Source: a virus
Taxonomy: Duplodnaviria; Caudoviricetes
Strand: one strand, 5' to 3'
Virus record (IMG/VR): IMGVR_UViG_3300036794_000015
Coordinates: 1 to 26,632 of that record
DNA: 26,632 nt
Each line of letters begins with the position of its first letter. The stretch's first letter is position 1. The notes under the pieces are model-generated. The model saw only the letters and a list, made by a program, of their open reading frames with translations, did no database searches and had not been told where the DNA came from. Below are positions 25,560 through 26,632 of this stretch, in pieces. Both the position numbers and the translations under genes were made by a program.

Positions 25560-26273
25560 ATGGCAGAATTAGAAAAACTCTATGATCCGCTTATTGGTCA
25601 AAAAGTTGGAAATGGTCAATGTGGAGCACTCACAAGTGATTACATGCGATATATGACTGATTGTAAATACCAATGGGCAGGCGAACCAGGAAATGGCGAG
25701 TTACCTCCTCATACCGATGCAATGAGTGCTTGGAATGTTTATACTCAGACTGACTGGAATGCGATTGGATTTGAGTATATTAATAATCCACGAGTCGATC
25801 AAGTTAAAGCGGATGATACATTTTATATCGCCCCTCGTCCAGGATTACCTACAGGGCACACAGGATTGGTAGCAAGTATCATAAACGGGAATATCACAAC
25901 ATTTGAACAGAATGTACTTGATGCTCAATATGTTCAAAAATTACCAGGAGACAATAGCTGGTCATGGTATGGTGGATTTGATGGTATAGTTCGTAAAAAA
26001 GCAGCACCCAAACCACCGAATAATAATTCAGAAAACAACAATATCAAAGGAGAAGAAGAAATGATGTTATTTAAAATTGTAGACACAACAGGCGCACATA
26101 AAGGTAAATGGTTCATCTCAAATGGAACACATTTGCGTTATATCCGTACACCTCGTATGCTTGCGAGTTATCAAAATCAATATGCAAAAATGAATCTAAA
26201 AACCGATAATATTTACAGCTCAGAACTGTTCGGTAAAAAAGGTGAGTTCGATGAAAAGAATATAATCTGGTAA
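25560..26273 (+). CDS. CHAP-domain endolysin
   Basis: GNGQC (catalytic Cys), GHTG (His), EQN; Pro/Asn linker; short C-terminal binding domain. Confidence 0.88.
   Translation: MAELEKLYDPLIGQKVGNGQCGALTSDYMRYMTDCKYQWAGEPGNGELPPHTDAMSAWNVYTQTDWNAIGFEYINNPRVDQVKADDTFYIAPRPGLPTGHTGLVASIINGNITTFEQNVLDAQYVQKLPGDNSWSWYGGFDGIVRKKAAPKPPNNNSENNNIKGEEEMMLFKIVDTTGAHKGKWFISNGTHLRYIRTPRMLASYQNQYAKMNLKTDNIYSSELFGKKGEFDEKNIIW
26061..26273 (+). CDS. Internally initiated C-terminal (cell-wall-binding) subunit of the endolysin, 70 aa
   Basis: AAAGGAG at 26046-26052, 8 nt before in-frame ATG ATG (codon 168), exactly at the end of the linker. Confidence 0.65.
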   Translation: MMLFKIVDTTGAHKGKWFISNGTHLRYIRTPRMLASYQNQYAKMNLKTDNIYSSELFGKKGEFDEKNIIW

Positions 26274-26282
26274 AAATAAAAT

Positions 26283-26310
26283 GTCCGGTCAATTGACCGG
26301 GCGTTTTTTT
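26283..26310 (+). terminator. Intrinsic terminator of the late operon
   Basis: GTCCGGTC-AATT-GACCGGGC followed by G and T7. Confidence 0.88.
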
Positions 26311-26326
26311 GTTTTCTAATGATTTC

Positions 26327-26388
26327 TATTTAATAAAATATCAAATATAATCTAAACAATCCTAGATATTTGATAAAATATCAAATAT
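26327..26388. repeat. Two 22-bp operator-like palindromic repeats
   Basis: TATTTAATAAAATATCAAATAT (26327) and TATTTGATAAAATATCAAATAT (26367); the second forms a perfect ATATTTGATA-AAA-TATCAAATAT palindrome. Confidence 0.6.
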
Positions 26389-26550
26389 GCTGTAATAAAT
26401 GTCTGTTCTTAATAGGTAAATCTCTATGACAATAGGGATTTTTCTGTTATACTCTAAGTACATAATCTCATAATTTCAATTTACTCCTCTATTTTTTAGA
26501 GGACTTTTTTGTTATAATTTACTAATAGATTTAGTAAGTGAAAAAATGGC

Positions 26551-26571
26551 TTTGCCCCTTTTGAGCCCCTT
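26551..26571 (+). repeat. Probable integrase arm-type binding sites near attR
   Basis: GCCCCTT tandem repeat at 11-bp spacing (26554, 26565) in AT-rich DNA after the lysin. Confidence 0.45.
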
Positions 26572-26632
26572 ATGTAAAAATCGAGGTTCTAAATAGCTTA
26601 AATAAAGGATTTTTGATTATAAGATGAATAAA

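Larger units (their letters stand above)
1..26632 (+). mobile_element. Temperate siphovirus prophage (replication to lysis modules; left part outside the window)
   Basis: Co-oriented replication, late-activator, packaging, head, tail and lysis genes in canonical Firmicutes siphophage order; arm-like repeats near the right end. Confidence 0.97.

Noticed and set aside
26362-26490. Minus-strand peptide behind a GAGGAG sequence (type I toxin candidate)
   Set aside because: The nearest starts give only 3-5 codons; the 33-aa ORF starts about 20 nt from the RBS and lacks a clean TM segment

Overview
A temperate siphophage (prophage) of a low-GC lactic acid bacterium, most like lactococcal P335-type / Lactococcus garvieae-group prophages (inferred from gene order and protein style, not database-confirmed). 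All credible genes lie on the + strand. Order: end of a probable RecT-like recombinase; replication initiator with internal iterons; DnaC-like ATPase; RusA; a mosaic run of small early/middle genes; a four-gene membrane module built on LemA; an ArpU/RinA/Alt-type late activator and its promoter; a structured leader with a tRNA-like element; a universal stress protein moron; SPP1-like packaging and head genes; tail genes with a -1 frameshifted chaperone; a lysis cassette with a CHAP endolysin carrying an internal start; and a probable approach to attR. The most notable items are the LemA membrane module, three structured non-coding regions (186-424, 8080-8372, 12888-13010), an 80-aa protein that copies the scaffold's C-terminal motif, and the probable two-subunit endolysin. 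All calls are by eye; no searches were run.
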